From a virus (Duplodnaviria; Caudoviricetes): DNA of 64,000 nucleotides. Below, in pieces: positions 40,026 to 50,771 of this stretch. Under the pieces are notes generated by a model that saw only the letters and a program-made list of their open reading frames with translations, ran no database searches and had not been told where the DNA came from. Numbering within the stretch: the stretch's first letter is position 1; every line of letters begins with the position of its first letter. Location of the stretch: positions 1 to 64,000 of IMG/VR virus record IMGVR_UViG_3300017492_000028. One strand, written 5' to 3'. The position numbers were made by a program, and so were the translations under genes.

Positions 40026-41618
40026 TTAACCTAATATACTTGTACACAAACTCTCTATATCTGAAGTAGAAATTGCACTATCGGTAGTACCTGTATCGGT
40101 ATCTTTTTCACAGTACAAAGTATAACTATTATTATCTACTTTAATTGTTGCTATCTTTGTTCCGCTAGTCAAGATAGGATTAACAGTTACAGTAGAACCA
40201 CCTAGATTATTTACGTCAATCTTATCCAACTTAGCCTTATCACTTGCGCTCATCAAACCAGCTGTTGAAGTAGTAGCTGCCGAATATGTGGTATCAGTAA
40301 ACTTTGCATTAGCAGGAACACTTGCACCAAGAGTATAAGTACAAGCTACAGGAACTCCGTTTGCAAAATATACAGGCTGTGTAGCAGAACCAGCACTTGT
40401 ACTAAGCTTACTTGCGGTAGTAGCAGTAGTGGCACTAGTAGCACTGGTTGCACTATCTGCACTACCAGCTTTAGTTGCGTAGCTTACACTTGTTGGGGTT
40501 GGAATAGTAACTTTAGAAGTTGAGCTATCACTACCCGTCAACGTAACTACTTGCCCGCTTATAGACAACTCATAAGTAGTATTACCGTCACCGCCAGCTG
40601 CACTAGTAATCTCACTTACTTTATTATCTACATAAGATTTTGTAGCATAAATTGGAGTATAAATCGTATGTGCTGTACCGTCAACCGTAATGATAGCAAT
40701 AGAATCTCCGCTATTATATTCTGTTGCAACACTTACGATTGAACCGCTATTACCACTACTTGGAGCAGACGGCATTACTACAGTAATATCTGTTCCAGCA
40801 ACAGTTGCAATAGTATGACTAGACCCAAATGAAAGTGTTGCGTTTTTGTTAGTAACACTTACAGAAGTTGTACCACTACTACTACCTCCGCTTATTGTAC
40901 CATAAGTAAATACTATCTTACCTGTTGAACTATCAATACTAACACCAGTTATTGCGTTGCCACTGCCACTAGTAGTTACATTAGATATTTCAACATAATC
41001 TGATAAATCACTAGTTTTTGCATAACTTGACAAATCACTAGTTTTTGCATAAGCCGCTAAATCTGTAAGTTTTGCATATCCACTAAGGTCAACCGTTCCA
41101 CCACTACTTGCACTTGCAACAGCTGAATCAACATAAGATTTAGTGGCAATAGTACTCGTATCAACGCTTATAGTGGTACCACTAATGCTTATACCTGTGC
41201 CAGCACTATATGTAATAGGTTCAGAACTGCTTGTACCAGGAGTATATCCAAGTGCATCAATTATAGCGCTCTTAGTAAGAGTATAACTATATGTACAACT
41301 AATCTTTCTATTGGATATGCTTATATAATTACCTGCTGTATAGGTAGCTTGTGCTGTAGTAGCATAAGTACTACTAGCAGTACTCTTAGTAAGATATATA
41401 CTACTTGCATCAGTTTTAGTAAGATACGTACTTGATGCAGCAGATGTAGTAAGATAACTATTGAGTTTAGTAGTTAAATCTGTAGTAGTAACATAGGTAT
41501 TAGCTATTGTTTTACTAAGATTATTAATTTTGGTATCTACCTCATCACTTTGGTCACCAAACTTATCTACGATTTTAGACCAAAGAGTATTAAGACCATT
41601 AATATCTAAATATTCCAT
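40026..41618 (-). CDS. Ser/Thr-rich fibre protein
   Basis: Start MEYLDINGLNTLWSKI at 41618; DLSxYAKTS and TYLTKxxASS repeats; SAGSATQPVYFANGVP; ends AISTSDIESLC. Confidence 0.75.
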   Translation of the reverse strand: MEYLDINGLNTLWSKIVDKFGDQSDEVDTKINNLSKTIANTYVTTTDLTTKLNSYLTTSAASSTYLTKTDASSIYLTKSTASSTYATTAQATYTAGNYISISNRKISCTYSYTLTKSAIIDALGYTPGTSSSEPITYSAGTGISISGTTISVDTSTIATKSYVDSAVASASSGGTVDLSGYAKLTDLAAYAKTSDLSSYAKTSDLSDYVEISNVTTSGSGNAITGVSIDSSTGKIVFTYGTISGGSSSGTTSVSVTNKNATLSFGSSHTIATVAGTDITVVMPSAPSSGNSGSIVSVATEYNSGDSIAIITVDGTAHTIYTPIYATKSYVDNKVSEITSAAGGDGNTTYELSISGQVVTLTGSDSSTSKVTIPTPTSVSYATKAGSADSATSATSATTATTASKLSTSAGSATQPVYFANGVPVACTYTLGASVPANAKFTDTTYSAATTSTAGLMSASDKAKLDKIDVNNLGGSTVTVNPILTSGTKIATIKVDNNSYTLYCEKDTDTGTTDSAISTSDIESLCTSILG

Positions 41619-41629
41619 GGTATTAAACT

Positions 41630-42277
41630 TTAAACACAAATTTTATCTATTTGATCATTGGTAATAGGAGTGTCGGGATTAGCAATATAAATATAAGTAC
41701 TTCCACTCCAGCGATAACTATAGTTGGTGTCTTTAGCTATATATATTTTACCTGTTTCTCCTGTTGCAGGAAAATCATTAAGAGTATCATATTCCAACAC
41801 GTCATCAACATAAGAAGGAAGTTGAGAAGAAGGAACTTTACCTGACCCGTCAAGACTTGCAACTCCGTTAGCTTGCCCAACAGAACTCTTATCAACCTTT
41901 TTATCAAGAGCTGCTTGTGTAGCAGTTGATATAGGCTTGTCAAGGTCCGATGTATTATCTACGTTACCAAGACCAACATCACCCTTTGTAATAGTTACGT
42001 TGCCGTCAAGTGCATGACCATTAATTGTAGTGGTCTTGTCAACTTTCTTATCAAGAGCAGCTTGTACTTTATCACTTATAGGTGCGTCTTTTGAAGAAAC
42101 ATTATCAACATTGCCCAAACCAACATCAGCTTTAGTAAGAACAGGATTCTCACTAATCTTATATCCGTTGATAGTATAATTATCAATAGTTTTCTTCAAG
42201 TTTGCAATACATTCTGCTATATACTTTTTAATTTTACTCCAAAAGTATATAACACCATCATAGTTTAAATACTCCAT
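41630..42277 (-). CDS. Fibre protein with duplicated TING...DVGLGNVDN repeat
   Basis: EYLNYDGVIYFWSKIK; NGVASLDGSGKVPSSQLPSYVDDVLEY; ends PITNDQIDKICV. Confidence 0.75.
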   Translation of the reverse strand: MEYLNYDGVIYFWSKIKKYIAECIANLKKTIDNYTINGYKISENPVLTKADVGLGNVDNVSSKDAPISDKVQAALDKKVDKTTTINGHALDGNVTITKGDVGLGNVDNTSDLDKPISTATQAALDKKVDKSSVGQANGVASLDGSGKVPSSQLPSYVDDVLEYDTLNDFPATGETGKIYIAKDTNYSYRWSGSTYIYIANPDTPITNDQIDKICV

Positions 42278-42984
42278 TATTCCTTACTTATTATTTGTTC
42301 AACAATCTCTTTTCTAATAGGAAAATCACACTCGCAATCATGGTGGTGATGATGATGAGAATGAATATCATGATGATGCCTATAAAAATCTAACAAATAT
42401 TTAATTTGCTCATCAGTTAATTCCTGTTTTTCATCATCAGTGTTGCTATCAGAATCACTGCCAGTGTCAGTGTCTGTAGTAGTATCATCCGTAGTGTCAT
42501 CTTTCTTATCTTCTAACTCTTTAATTGGGTCACTCATTATACGCCATAAATCACCAAGATCTATAAGTCCTGGTTCATCACAGCAATGAGGATGATGATG
42601 ATGTTCATAACAAGGTATTGGGTCTGGTACACCAGGAGTAAGACAAGGATGTTCTTCATGTACAGGACAATCCTTAAATTCTCTACCTTCGTACCATGCT
42701 TTACTTACGCAATGACGCTTGCCTAAAAGAATCTCATCAAGCATAATCCTCGGTATAGGCTTAGCTTCAAGTTTACCGTCTATAAAACAAGCAGTAGGAA
42801 GCCAATATCTATCATCAGTAATATCTATGCCAGCAGGCACAGGCTTTCTTGATATATAAGTCCTAAAATGTATAGGGTCAAACTTGTATGTAACAACACA
42901 AAGTCTGTTATAGGAATTACGTTTATCCCAATAACCCTCCACAGTAGGAGAAACTTTACCAAGATTTTCAATCTGTAGTTTCAT
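42277..42984 (-). CDS. crAss tail-fibre N-terminal anchor domain plus His/Cys-rich region
   Basis: LGKVSPTVEGYWD...YISRKPVPAGIDITDDRYW; HHHHPHCC; HHDIHSHHHHHHDCEC. Confidence 0.55.
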   Translation of the reverse strand: MKLQIENLGKVSPTVEGYWDKRNSYNRLCVVTYKFDPIHFRTYISRKPVPAGIDITDDRYWLPTACFIDGKLEAKPIPRIMLDEILLGKRHCVSKAWYEGREFKDCPVHEEHPCLTPGVPDPIPCYEHHHHPHCCDEPGLIDLGDLWRIMSDPIKELEDKKDDTTDDTTTDTDTGSDSDSNTDDEKQELTDEQIKYLLDFYRHHHDIHSHHHHHHDCECDFPIRKEIVEQIISKE

Positions 42985-43717
42985 ACTTAATTGATTTTGT
43001 TAATACTTTGGTTACATGTTTATATATGACAACTACTACAAATTCATGCAAACCTCTTGAAACTTCTCCAACATCCTCATATTGTTTAACTGGATGACCG
43101 TCAAAATAAAGTTCTATTGTTGCTTCTTTATAATCAATTTCAGTTCCATTATATTTAACTGTCAAATCGCCACAAGGAAGTACATGGTCATCAACAACTT
43201 CAAATCTTGCAAAGAAAGTAAGTTCAAGTAACTCTGGGTCAATATCACATTTGCTACCACCACCTTTATCTTCTTCACCTAATTCATATCTATCGTTATG
43301 TTCAGAATTAAGATAATGGTGTTTATAAAGGTTCATATCATCAGAATTAATCTCAAACAGAGGATGCTCACCGCAACTAACAAAAGCCTTAATATAGCCA
43401 TTCTCATCAACAGGAAACACAAAACTTGTAGAGTTATCTTTACCTTTATATATTTGATTAATCTTTGCTTTTATATATTTAATAATAGTTTCTGCTAACT
43501 TATCTTTACCAAGTTTTCTAGCAGCAACGGCACTATTAAACATATTGAAGCACTCAATTATATTACTATTCCTATCTGTACAGTTTGCTTTACAGTCTTT
43601 AAGCATTTCTTCACCATAATCAGCCAACATAGCTATTATCTTATGATAAACACAAATATACTCCGCAGGAATAGTTAAATAAACATATTCGGGTTCAATA
43701 GGAATTAGTTTAATCAT
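42968..43717 (-). CDS. Conserved tail (hub-like) protein
   Basis: 249 aa; synteny. Confidence 0.45.
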   Translation of the reverse strand: MIKLIPIEPEYVYLTIPAEYICVYHKIIAMLADYGEEMLKDCKANCTDRNSNIIECFNMFNSAVAARKLGKDKLAETIIKYIKAKINQIYKGKDNSTSFVFPVDENGYIKAFVSCGEHPLFEINSDDMNLYKHHYLNSEHNDRYELGEEDKGGGSKCDIDPELLELTFFARFEVVDDHVLPCGDLTVKYNGTEIDYKEATIELYFDGHPVKQYEDVGEVSRGLHEFVVVVIYKHVTKVLTKSIKYETTD

Positions 43718-43947
43718 ACCTTAAATAAATTATTATAAAGACGTTCTACACTAGCCTGTTGTTCTTCACTTAATATATTTAAGTTTTCAAGAGCATGAAT
43801 AAGAATGGAAGTCCACTCTACCTTATTTCTCTTAGCTTTATTAACAACATATCCTTGTTGAGTAAGTACCATTGTTGTATTAACAACATTTAGTAACTTA
43901 TCAGCAAGGTCATCTATAGCTTTGTTAGAAAAGTTTGTATCATACAT
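43714..43947 (-). CDS. Hypothetical protein
   Basis: 77 aa, tight gene packing. Confidence 0.6.
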   Translation of the reverse strand: MYDTNFSNKAIDDLADKLLNVVNTTMVLTQQGYVVNKAKRNKVEWTSILIHALENLNILSEEQQASVERLYNNLFKV

Positions 43948-43959
43948 AAGAACATCTTA

Positions 43960-44601
43960 TTAATGATTAAATATTTTATTCATTGTATATACGGAATAAT
44001 TATTAATTATAACTTGAAGTTTTGCGTGAAGCTGCCCAACTCTGATTACGCTATCTTGTCCGTTGTAAATTATTCCTATACACTCATTAGTAATCTCCGT
44101 TATCCATTCTTCTTTTAAACGGCTTGACAGATTTTTGTTGTCAAATTCGTATGCTGACAGAAGCGAATATAATTTGTAATATTCAGTATTGACAAATTTA
44201 GAAATATTAGATTTAATGGTTTCGACACTATTATGAATATTATTATGTATGACTATTCCAATACAGTAATCATTAATATTAAATTCAAAACTATCAAACG
44301 CTAAATTAATTATATTTCTACAATTTTGTGCTTCTTTAGCTTCAGCATTTCTGAAAGTTCTATCTAGTACATTATTTAGTTTAACTACGTTTTCACTGAC
44401 TTCCTTAATAGCATTTGCCATTTCAATTAATGGCTTGTTTCTATGCTTGGATTTAATAAGTTCAACACCGCGAATAATAAGTGTGTATAATATAAAAACA
44501 CAACTACTAATCAGAACGGTTGTATAAGAAGAATCTTTAATGGCATTACTAATAACATCATTTACTGCTGTAAATTCGTTCATTTGATAATGTTTAAGCA
44601 T
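43960..44601 (-). CDS. Conserved membrane-anchored protein
   Basis: N-terminal TM (TTVLISSCVFILYTLII) plus coiled coil; probable start 44583. Confidence 0.55.
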   Translation of the reverse strand: MLKHYQMNEFTAVNDVISNAIKDSSYTTVLISSCVFILYTLIIRGVELIKSKHRNKPLIEMANAIKEVSENVVKLNNVLDRTFRNAEAKEAQNCRNIINLAFDSFEFNINDYCIGIVIHNNIHNSVETIKSNISKFVNTEYYKLYSLLSAYEFDNKNLSSRLKEEWITEITNECIGIIYNGQDSVIRVGQLHAKLQVIINNYSVYTMNKIFNH

Positions 44602-44651
44602 AATCGCTCATTTAAGAACGATTATGCTATTAGTAATACCTTGCTTGCGAA

Positions 44652-45584
44652 CTACTCCCCCGTAGAAGAATCAATGCAAACCTTATCATCGCCTCCGTCA
44701 ACAGAAGTTGTAGAAGCACCACTTGCGTCAGATGAACTACCGTCATCAAACAGCGCAAGAACATCATCAAAATTATCCTCTGGTGCAACAATATGAACAA
44801 CCTGTGTTACAGGCTCATCACCTTGATACTTAAACTGCTTTGCTGTAGCAAAACGAAGAGTTACCATACCATACTTCTTATCCTCAACTGGCTCTGGATA
44901 ACCTGGATAAATAGTATCACCATCACGATAAGTATATTGATAACCCTTATCAGCAGCACACATTGAAGCAAGATGGCGAATATAAGCCGCATCAACACAA
45001 GCGTGCTCAGCTTCAGTAATAGTAACTTCCTCACCATAAAGTGCATCACCAGCAGTCAAAGTCCAAGCATCACCAGGAATAAGACCCTCAACAGTAACCT
45101 TTGCACCGTCAGCAGTTGCTTTAATTGGAAGAGCACCAGTATCACCCATTGCTTGGAACTGATTTGCAAGAGACTTTGCAATCTCTTCAGCAGTCTTATC
45201 AACACCAATAGGAACGAACTCGGTTACAGTCCAATTAGAACGCTCATTAAATACAACACCTTTCTTAGTAAGAACAAGCGTATAATCGCGTCCGTATTTA
45301 GGCTCTGGTATAGTAACCTCTGCCTTGAACTTAACTGCATCATCCTCATTAGGCTCTGTTACACGTACTTGAAGCGTGTGAACATCTACCTCCGGAATAA
45401 CCAATGCAGGAGAATTATTACCACGACCAAGAGCTATGGCAAAATTCTTTTTGGGAAGAGAAGAAGCAACCTTATTATCATCAGGCGTAAAAACCAAAAG
45501 GTCACCAGCTTTCATTTCAGAAAGGTCTGTAGGCTCTACACCATTAATGGTAGCATCACTCTTTACTATAAGTAAATGTTTCAT
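44652..45584 (-). CDS. Capsid-module structural protein (auxiliary capsid-like)
   Basis: 310 aa, beta-rich; conserved position downstream of MCP. Confidence 0.5.
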   Translation of the reverse strand: MKHLLIVKSDATINGVEPTDLSEMKAGDLLVFTPDDNKVASSLPKKNFAIALGRGNNSPALVIPEVDVHTLQVRVTEPNEDDAVKFKAEVTIPEPKYGRDYTLVLTKKGVVFNERSNWTVTEFVPIGVDKTAEEIAKSLANQFQAMGDTGALPIKATADGAKVTVEGLIPGDAWTLTAGDALYGEEVTITEAEHACVDAAYIRHLASMCAADKGYQYTYRDGDTIYPGYPEPVEDKKYGMVTLRFATAKQFKYQGDEPVTQVVHIVAPEDNFDDVLALFDDGSSSDASGASTTSVDGGDDKVCIDSSTGE

Positions 45585-45599
45585 TGTTTAAAAATTAGT

Positions 45600-46445
45600 T
45601 TAACTATTATTACTATCGTTAGCAGGAGAATAATTATTCCTCGTATTTTCTTGCTGTTGCTGTTGCTGTGCAGCTTGTGCTGCATGTAAACTACCTTGTA
45701 ATGCAATGTGATATAAGTCAACAGCGTGTTTAACTATGTCAACGTGCATATAATCTGGTAAATCACAATCAACATTCTCAAGTCCATTATCCTCATTATA
45801 AGATACTTTAGCAGGTTTGCTAAGATAAGCAACTCTGAATATATTTGGTATCAAACCATTTGAAAGTTCTATATCATCACCTACATAATTACCTTTATCG
45901 ATATGGATTAAAAAGGTTGAAGCATCAGCATTTGTTTCTTTATTACCATATATTGTCAGAATGGGAGACCTAAACCGTGGCGAAAGAACAAAGTCATTAA
46001 GTACATCTGCAAGATAAATATCATCAATAAGACGAACAGGAAAGAAGTTTGTATAAAAATTATCACCTCTTTTATAATTAAGACTAAAATCTACTAGAAA
46101 TAGATAATTAGGAATATTACTTTCAGAAGCAAGTCCTAGTGAGTAAGCTGTAGCTTCCCAACTAGGAGTATAAGTATGCTTCTTTGAAGGTGTAAATTTA
46201 TCAAATTCAACGTCCTTTGTCTTATATAAACTACGAAGAGTATTAAGCTGACCTACTTTAGAATTGTCAGTGATAACTCTATCAGAAGTAACACCAACAT
46301 TCTCTTTAATCATTTGATTGACCGTATCTGAAATGCTCGTATTAATCAGTATGTCAATCTGTTCGGGAAGAATTGCACGAACATTTTGCATACCCATTTG
46401 CTGAGCATACTGACGAAACCAAACGTGCATATCATGTATATTCAT
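45600..46445 (-). CDS. Capsid-module conserved protein (ring/head-completion)
   Basis: 281 aa; DCDLPDYMHVDIVKHAV; synteny. Confidence 0.55.
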   Translation of the reverse strand: MNIHDMHVWFRQYAQQMGMQNVRAILPEQIDILINTSISDTVNQMIKENVGVTSDRVITDNSKVGQLNTLRSLYKTKDVEFDKFTPSKKHTYTPSWEATAYSLGLASESNIPNYLFLVDFSLNYKRGDNFYTNFFPVRLIDDIYLADVLNDFVLSPRFRSPILTIYGNKETNADASTFLIHIDKGNYVGDDIELSNGLIPNIFRVAYLSKPAKVSYNEDNGLENVDCDLPDYMHVDIVKHAVDLYHIALQGSLHAAQAAQQQQQQENTRNNYSPANDSNNS

Positions 46446-46457
46446 ACTATCAATCTA

Positions 46458-47594
46458 TTAAAATAGTTTCAGTTTATTTTCGTAAGCAGTACGAACATCT
46501 TTATTTTCGGGATTATTGAAATAAGCTATTGCTTCATTCATGTTAGCACCAATAAATGTGCCCTCTGCTGTAGAAATTTGTTGATTATAAGATGACCTAG
46601 TAAGTTCACCACGACTAATCAAAGTTTCAATAAATGCTTTAACAGCAAGATTTCTATCCTTGATAATCTTATTGAATCTATCAGGTGAGTTATTAACAAA
46701 CTTCATAACAATTTCAGTCTTTTCATCTCTTTGCTTGAGAAGTGCTGATGCAAGGTTTTCATTATTATAAACAACCACTGCAACAAATACTGCATTAAAC
46801 TTCTTATCGTCAGTAGATATATTGACAAAGTTACGCATAGCAACAAGACGCTCTTCAGTAATCTGCTTACGCTTACTTGCCTCCTTAGCTTCATCTTTAA
46901 TATAAAAACGATAAGTATCATCTGAATTAATCAGTGCAGAATCTTTAGCAACTTCGGGATAAAGAAGACAATGACGATAGATAAGATATTCTTCAGCATT
47001 TTCTGGTCTTCCATACTGATATTTAGAACTCTCCAAATCATTCAGCGCATTAATACGTGTTTTAAGAGCTTTCTTAATTTCAGAAGTATCAGACCTATCA
47101 ACTGCATCATAAGCCTTTTCTATCTCTGCTTCTTTCTTAGCTATTTTAAGAAAATCAGACTTTTTGTTATAAATAAAAGAAGCATTAAGATGTGCATCTT
47201 CATTGCTAACAACAAACCTAATATTACTAAGCCATGCTTTAACTCTTGTAATAAACTCTGGATTATTATATGCAAGACCAACTATTGCAGGAAAGTATGC
47301 TTCAATTTCTCCTTTATGGGAAGAAAGAATACGACAAGAAGTAACAGAACTACCAATAGTTTCTGTTCTATGTCCCAATGCTTTCAAATTAGCCTTACGA
47401 TAAGCAGAATAATTATGAACAAGTGATATAACTATATCTCGCTTGTCAACATATTCTTTATCCAAGTCATCATCGCCAAACGTATTTACCTTGACTGTGG
47501 CTTGCTCATCAGTCTTTATTTCTTCTTTTTCAACAGTTCCTGCATTACTTGCAGCATTAGTATTATCTGTTGCAGAATTAATCTTTATATCCAT
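46458..47594 (-). CDS. Conserved protein downstream of MCP
   Basis: 378 aa; synteny. Confidence 0.55.
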   Translation of the reverse strand: MDIKINSATDNTNAASNAGTVEKEEIKTDEQATVKVNTFGDDDLDKEYVDKRDIVISLVHNYSAYRKANLKALGHRTETIGSSVTSCRILSSHKGEIEAYFPAIVGLAYNNPEFITRVKAWLSNIRFVVSNEDAHLNASFIYNKKSDFLKIAKKEAEIEKAYDAVDRSDTSEIKKALKTRINALNDLESSKYQYGRPENAEEYLIYRHCLLYPEVAKDSALINSDDTYRFYIKDEAKEASKRKQITEERLVAMRNFVNISTDDKKFNAVFVAVVVYNNENLASALLKQRDEKTEIVMKFVNNSPDRFNKIIKDRNLAVKAFIETLISRGELTRSSYNQQISTAEGTFIGANMNEAIAYFNNPENKDVRTAYENKLKLF

Positions 47595-47608
47595 AGTTTA
47601 AACAGTTA

Positions 47609-49084
47609 TTAGAGTACACACTTTAATTGGAACATCTTGGTTGCATTGTTTACCTGCAAACCATAAGAGTTCATAATCTCATAAGCACTTGCATCAACAC
47701 GAGTAGAAATAGAAAGCTGCGGAACAGCACCCCAAGAAGCAGGTATATCAGCAAGTCCTTTATAAATACCTACCTTATAAATCTTACCCTTTAGACGAAC
47801 CTTACGAACATTACGCTGTCCCTCATAAGTACTCATATCAATCAAAAATGCTTGATGTGAAGTAATAGGCAAACCTGTACGAGGATGTATCATACCATTA
47901 GCTTTAGCATTTTCTGCTATAGTTCCGTGGTCAAGGAAAGGAAGTGCTTTTACAGTAATGGTATGACCGTCAACAGTCTTATAACGACGGAAATACTTAC
48001 CATAAGAAAGACCACCCTCAAAATCCTCAATCATCTTATCGCCAAGCGGAGTAGCAAAACCCTCTGAACGAGCATCGTTACGCATAGCCATATCAAAGTC
48101 CTGCATAAAGCCTTTACCACCCATGAGAACAACCTCCATTGAACCTGTATCAGTATCCTTATTAAGAACATCACCTACAGTACGCTCAATCTTGTTAAGA
48201 GTAAGAACTTCTCCATAAGTATCGTAATTGCTTTCACGACATATCTCCATCATACCTGCAGTATGAGGAATTGGTTTACCATTATCAACATCCTGAAGAA
48301 TTATCTCACCATTCTCTGTACGGTTATATTCAGCAAGCCACAGACGCTCCTCATCCATAACACGCTTAGTAATATCAAATTGACGCATTTCCTCATTAAT
48401 CCAAAGATTGGTTGTACCACCACCTTTAGTCTTAAACTGATACGTTACAACTTGATTAGCAAGGTCACCACCAATCTCTTTAGAATAACGATGAAGTTCA
48501 AGCTGTGAGGTCATCTTTCCAGGACCCATAACATTACTTCTATTACCCTTAGAATAAGACTGTGATACAGTAGGAGCAGTCATACTCCAATACTTACCCT
48601 TTTTAAGATTATCAAGGTCGCAATAAAGATTAGGATTAGGAGATGTAAGTTTAAGACGATAAACATAACCGCCATGAGTACCCTCACCAAGATCTTTCAT
48701 AATACGTACCTGCGTATGTCCGTCTGGAGCTATCAAACCATACTGCTCAATAAGCCAATGAGTAGCAAACTCAACATCAAACATAGCACCACCTTTACCA
48801 GGTGTCTTATTACTCTCATCTACCCACAGAACATAATCATTAAACTTCATACGTCCCATAGTTTTCCAAGTCCACTGAACCTTGTCAATATCAACAACTC
48901 CAGCAGTACCTTGACCCTCTGTCAAGAATGTAAGCGGAAACCTGTCATCATCCATACCATAAGTATAGGTAAGAATGTTATTAATTTCCGCAGGTTTTTG
49001 AAGCATAAGATGAGCAAGAGTCTCTTCATTAGAATAGCCTCTATCATCATATTGCCCACGTGAAATTTCTCTAAGTTTGTACAT
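47609..49084 (-). CDS. Major capsid protein (HK97 fold)
   Basis: 491 aa MYKLREISRGQYDDRGYSNEET...QLKCVL, recalled as very similar to the crAssphage MCP. Confidence 0.92.
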   Translation of the reverse strand: MYKLREISRGQYDDRGYSNEETLAHLMLQKPAEINNILTYTYGMDDDRFPLTFLTEGQGTAGVVDIDKVQWTWKTMGRMKFNDYVLWVDESNKTPGKGGAMFDVEFATHWLIEQYGLIAPDGHTQVRIMKDLGEGTHGGYVYRLKLTSPNPNLYCDLDNLKKGKYWSMTAPTVSQSYSKGNRSNVMGPGKMTSQLELHRYSKEIGGDLANQVVTYQFKTKGGGTTNLWINEEMRQFDITKRVMDEERLWLAEYNRTENGEIILQDVDNGKPIPHTAGMMEICRESNYDTYGEVLTLNKIERTVGDVLNKDTDTGSMEVVLMGGKGFMQDFDMAMRNDARSEGFATPLGDKMIEDFEGGLSYGKYFRRYKTVDGHTITVKALPFLDHGTIAENAKANGMIHPRTGLPITSHQAFLIDMSTYEGQRNVRKVRLKGKIYKVGIYKGLADIPASWGAVPQLSISTRVDASAYEIMNSYGLQVNNATKMFQLKCVL

Positions 49085-49119
49085 AAAACAATTAGTTAAT
49101 TGATTAATAATTCCTTGAT

Positions 49120-50445
49120 TTAAAGTAATATATCATTAATGTCTGCTTTCTTCGCTGATTTAGACACGAACTTAATAGGCTTTGCAATACGTTGTTCCTT
49201 AGACTTTAAACGTAATTGATTAACCTTGTTTTCTTGAATTGACATATTAGCCAAATCTTTATAAGTTCCACCTGTAAACATTAGCCATGCAGCAAGAAGG
49301 TCTCTTTGCGTAAGTTCTTCTTCTGACATATTATTCAAATCTCTTTCGTATGCAGTAATTTTATTTCCATTTTCATCTGCTATATTTTTCCTTGAAAGAT
49401 AATCAAAAAAGTCATTAGGAGTATAAATAAGTTTTTTACCATTTTGTTCTTTAGTAAAACTCTCTGGAATTTTAAATCCTGCAATAGTTCTACTATCAAT
49501 AATCTTATTTACATTCTCCCAATACTTGGTAATAGCTTGTTGCTCTTGTTCTCTTTGTGCAGCAGCTTCTTTTTGCATATTCTCCATATACTGTTTGTCT
49601 TTAGCCACAAGGTTTTTAAGTTGAACTTGTGCTTCATCAAACAAACCACCGCTATCTTTCAAGTACTTAATATAATTATCATTCAAAGAAGCATTACCAA
49701 ACTCTTTAGCAGCTATACGTATAACAGCTTCAAGTTGTGCTTCATTATCCTTATTAAGCTCTATATTGCTTCTATCAGGAATTTGTCCAAAACCTACTGG
49801 ACTACCATTAACCTTGCAATAATCTATAAATTGAGGAATAATTGGATTAGCTTCCATAAAACGATTGAGTGTAGCATTTGCTATTTCAGTCGATTTAATA
49901 TCCATTACAGAATCAACATACGCTTTAACGCCAGCTATTGAATTTTCAAATTCAACAGGCTTACCGTCCTCACCTGTAACCTCTATTCCAATTTCATCTT
50001 GAAGTTTCTTGATGTCAAAAGTGTCTTCTTTCTCATCTTTAACATCATCTTCCTTTTGAACAGTCTCAAGCCATTCCTTAACTTGGGCAGCAGCTTTAAA
50101 AACAGTTCCATTCTTATCTACAATGTCACCGTTTTCTGCTACTTTATAAGTCTGTCCCTCATATTCTATTTCAGTTCCTGCTGTTAGTTGAGAGCTAGCA
50201 TCTTCGTTATTATGCTCCTCTTCTTTTTTCTTGTTATCATCATTATTATTGGCATTGCTATCCCCATTATTGTTAGCAGTAGTATCACCACTTTTATTTG
50301 TTATATCAGGGTTTCCCTTATCGCCATTAATAGACGCTGCATCAGCTTCTTTATTAGCTAATTGCTCACCACTGGGTTCATTGGTGTTACTGTTTTGTAC
50401 ATCAGTATCTTTAACACCATCTCCAAAATCAATGTCTAAAGCCAT
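49120..50445 (-). CDS. Acidic scaffold-like protein between portal and MCP
   Basis: 441 aa, D/N/E-rich disordered N-terminus; synteny. Confidence 0.55.
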   Translation of the reverse strand: MALDIDFGDGVKDTDVQNSNTNEPSGEQLANKEADAASINGDKGNPDITNKSGDTTANNNGDSNANNNDDNKKKEEEHNNEDASSQLTAGTEIEYEGQTYKVAENGDIVDKNGTVFKAAAQVKEWLETVQKEDDVKDEKEDTFDIKKLQDEIGIEVTGEDGKPVEFENSIAGVKAYVDSVMDIKSTEIANATLNRFMEANPIIPQFIDYCKVNGSPVGFGQIPDRSNIELNKDNEAQLEAVIRIAAKEFGNASLNDNYIKYLKDSGGLFDEAQVQLKNLVAKDKQYMENMQKEAAAQREQEQQAITKYWENVNKIIDSRTIAGFKIPESFTKEQNGKKLIYTPNDFFDYLSRKNIADENGNKITAYERDLNNMSEEELTQRDLLAAWLMFTGGTYKDLANMSIQENKVNQLRLKSKEQRIAKPIKFVSKSAKKADINDILL

Positions 50446-50485
50446 AAAATTAATGTTTTAATTATTACTATATGTTAGTTTGATG

Positions 50486-50517
50486 CAAATATAATATAAT
50501 TATGTATATCATGCAAT
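50486..50517 (-). promoter_or_regulatory. Bacteroidota-type promoter of the capsid operon
   Basis: TATATTTG at 50493-86 with ATTG 20 nt upstream; 40 nt before the ATG. Confidence 0.65.
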
Positions 50518-50771
50518 GGTTCACTATTATCATTAACATTAATTTTATTACTAGCTTTATCAACAATAATTATTTACAGTTAATTTGAAAATCATCTAAA
50601 TCCCTATCAAAAGCATTATTTTGCCATGCAAACTATGCACAAACCACTATACGCAAAATATAGCCTATATTCCTCTCTACGGGGGTGCTAAAACAAACCA
50701 AATTTATTGTCCGATTAACTAATCAGCCATTAAAAATTTAACACGGTACAAATGATTTCCAAAGTGCAATA

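Noticed and set aside
41005-41052. 27-bp-period DNA repeat
   Set aside because: Explained by the DLSxYAKTS protein repeat in the fibre gene.
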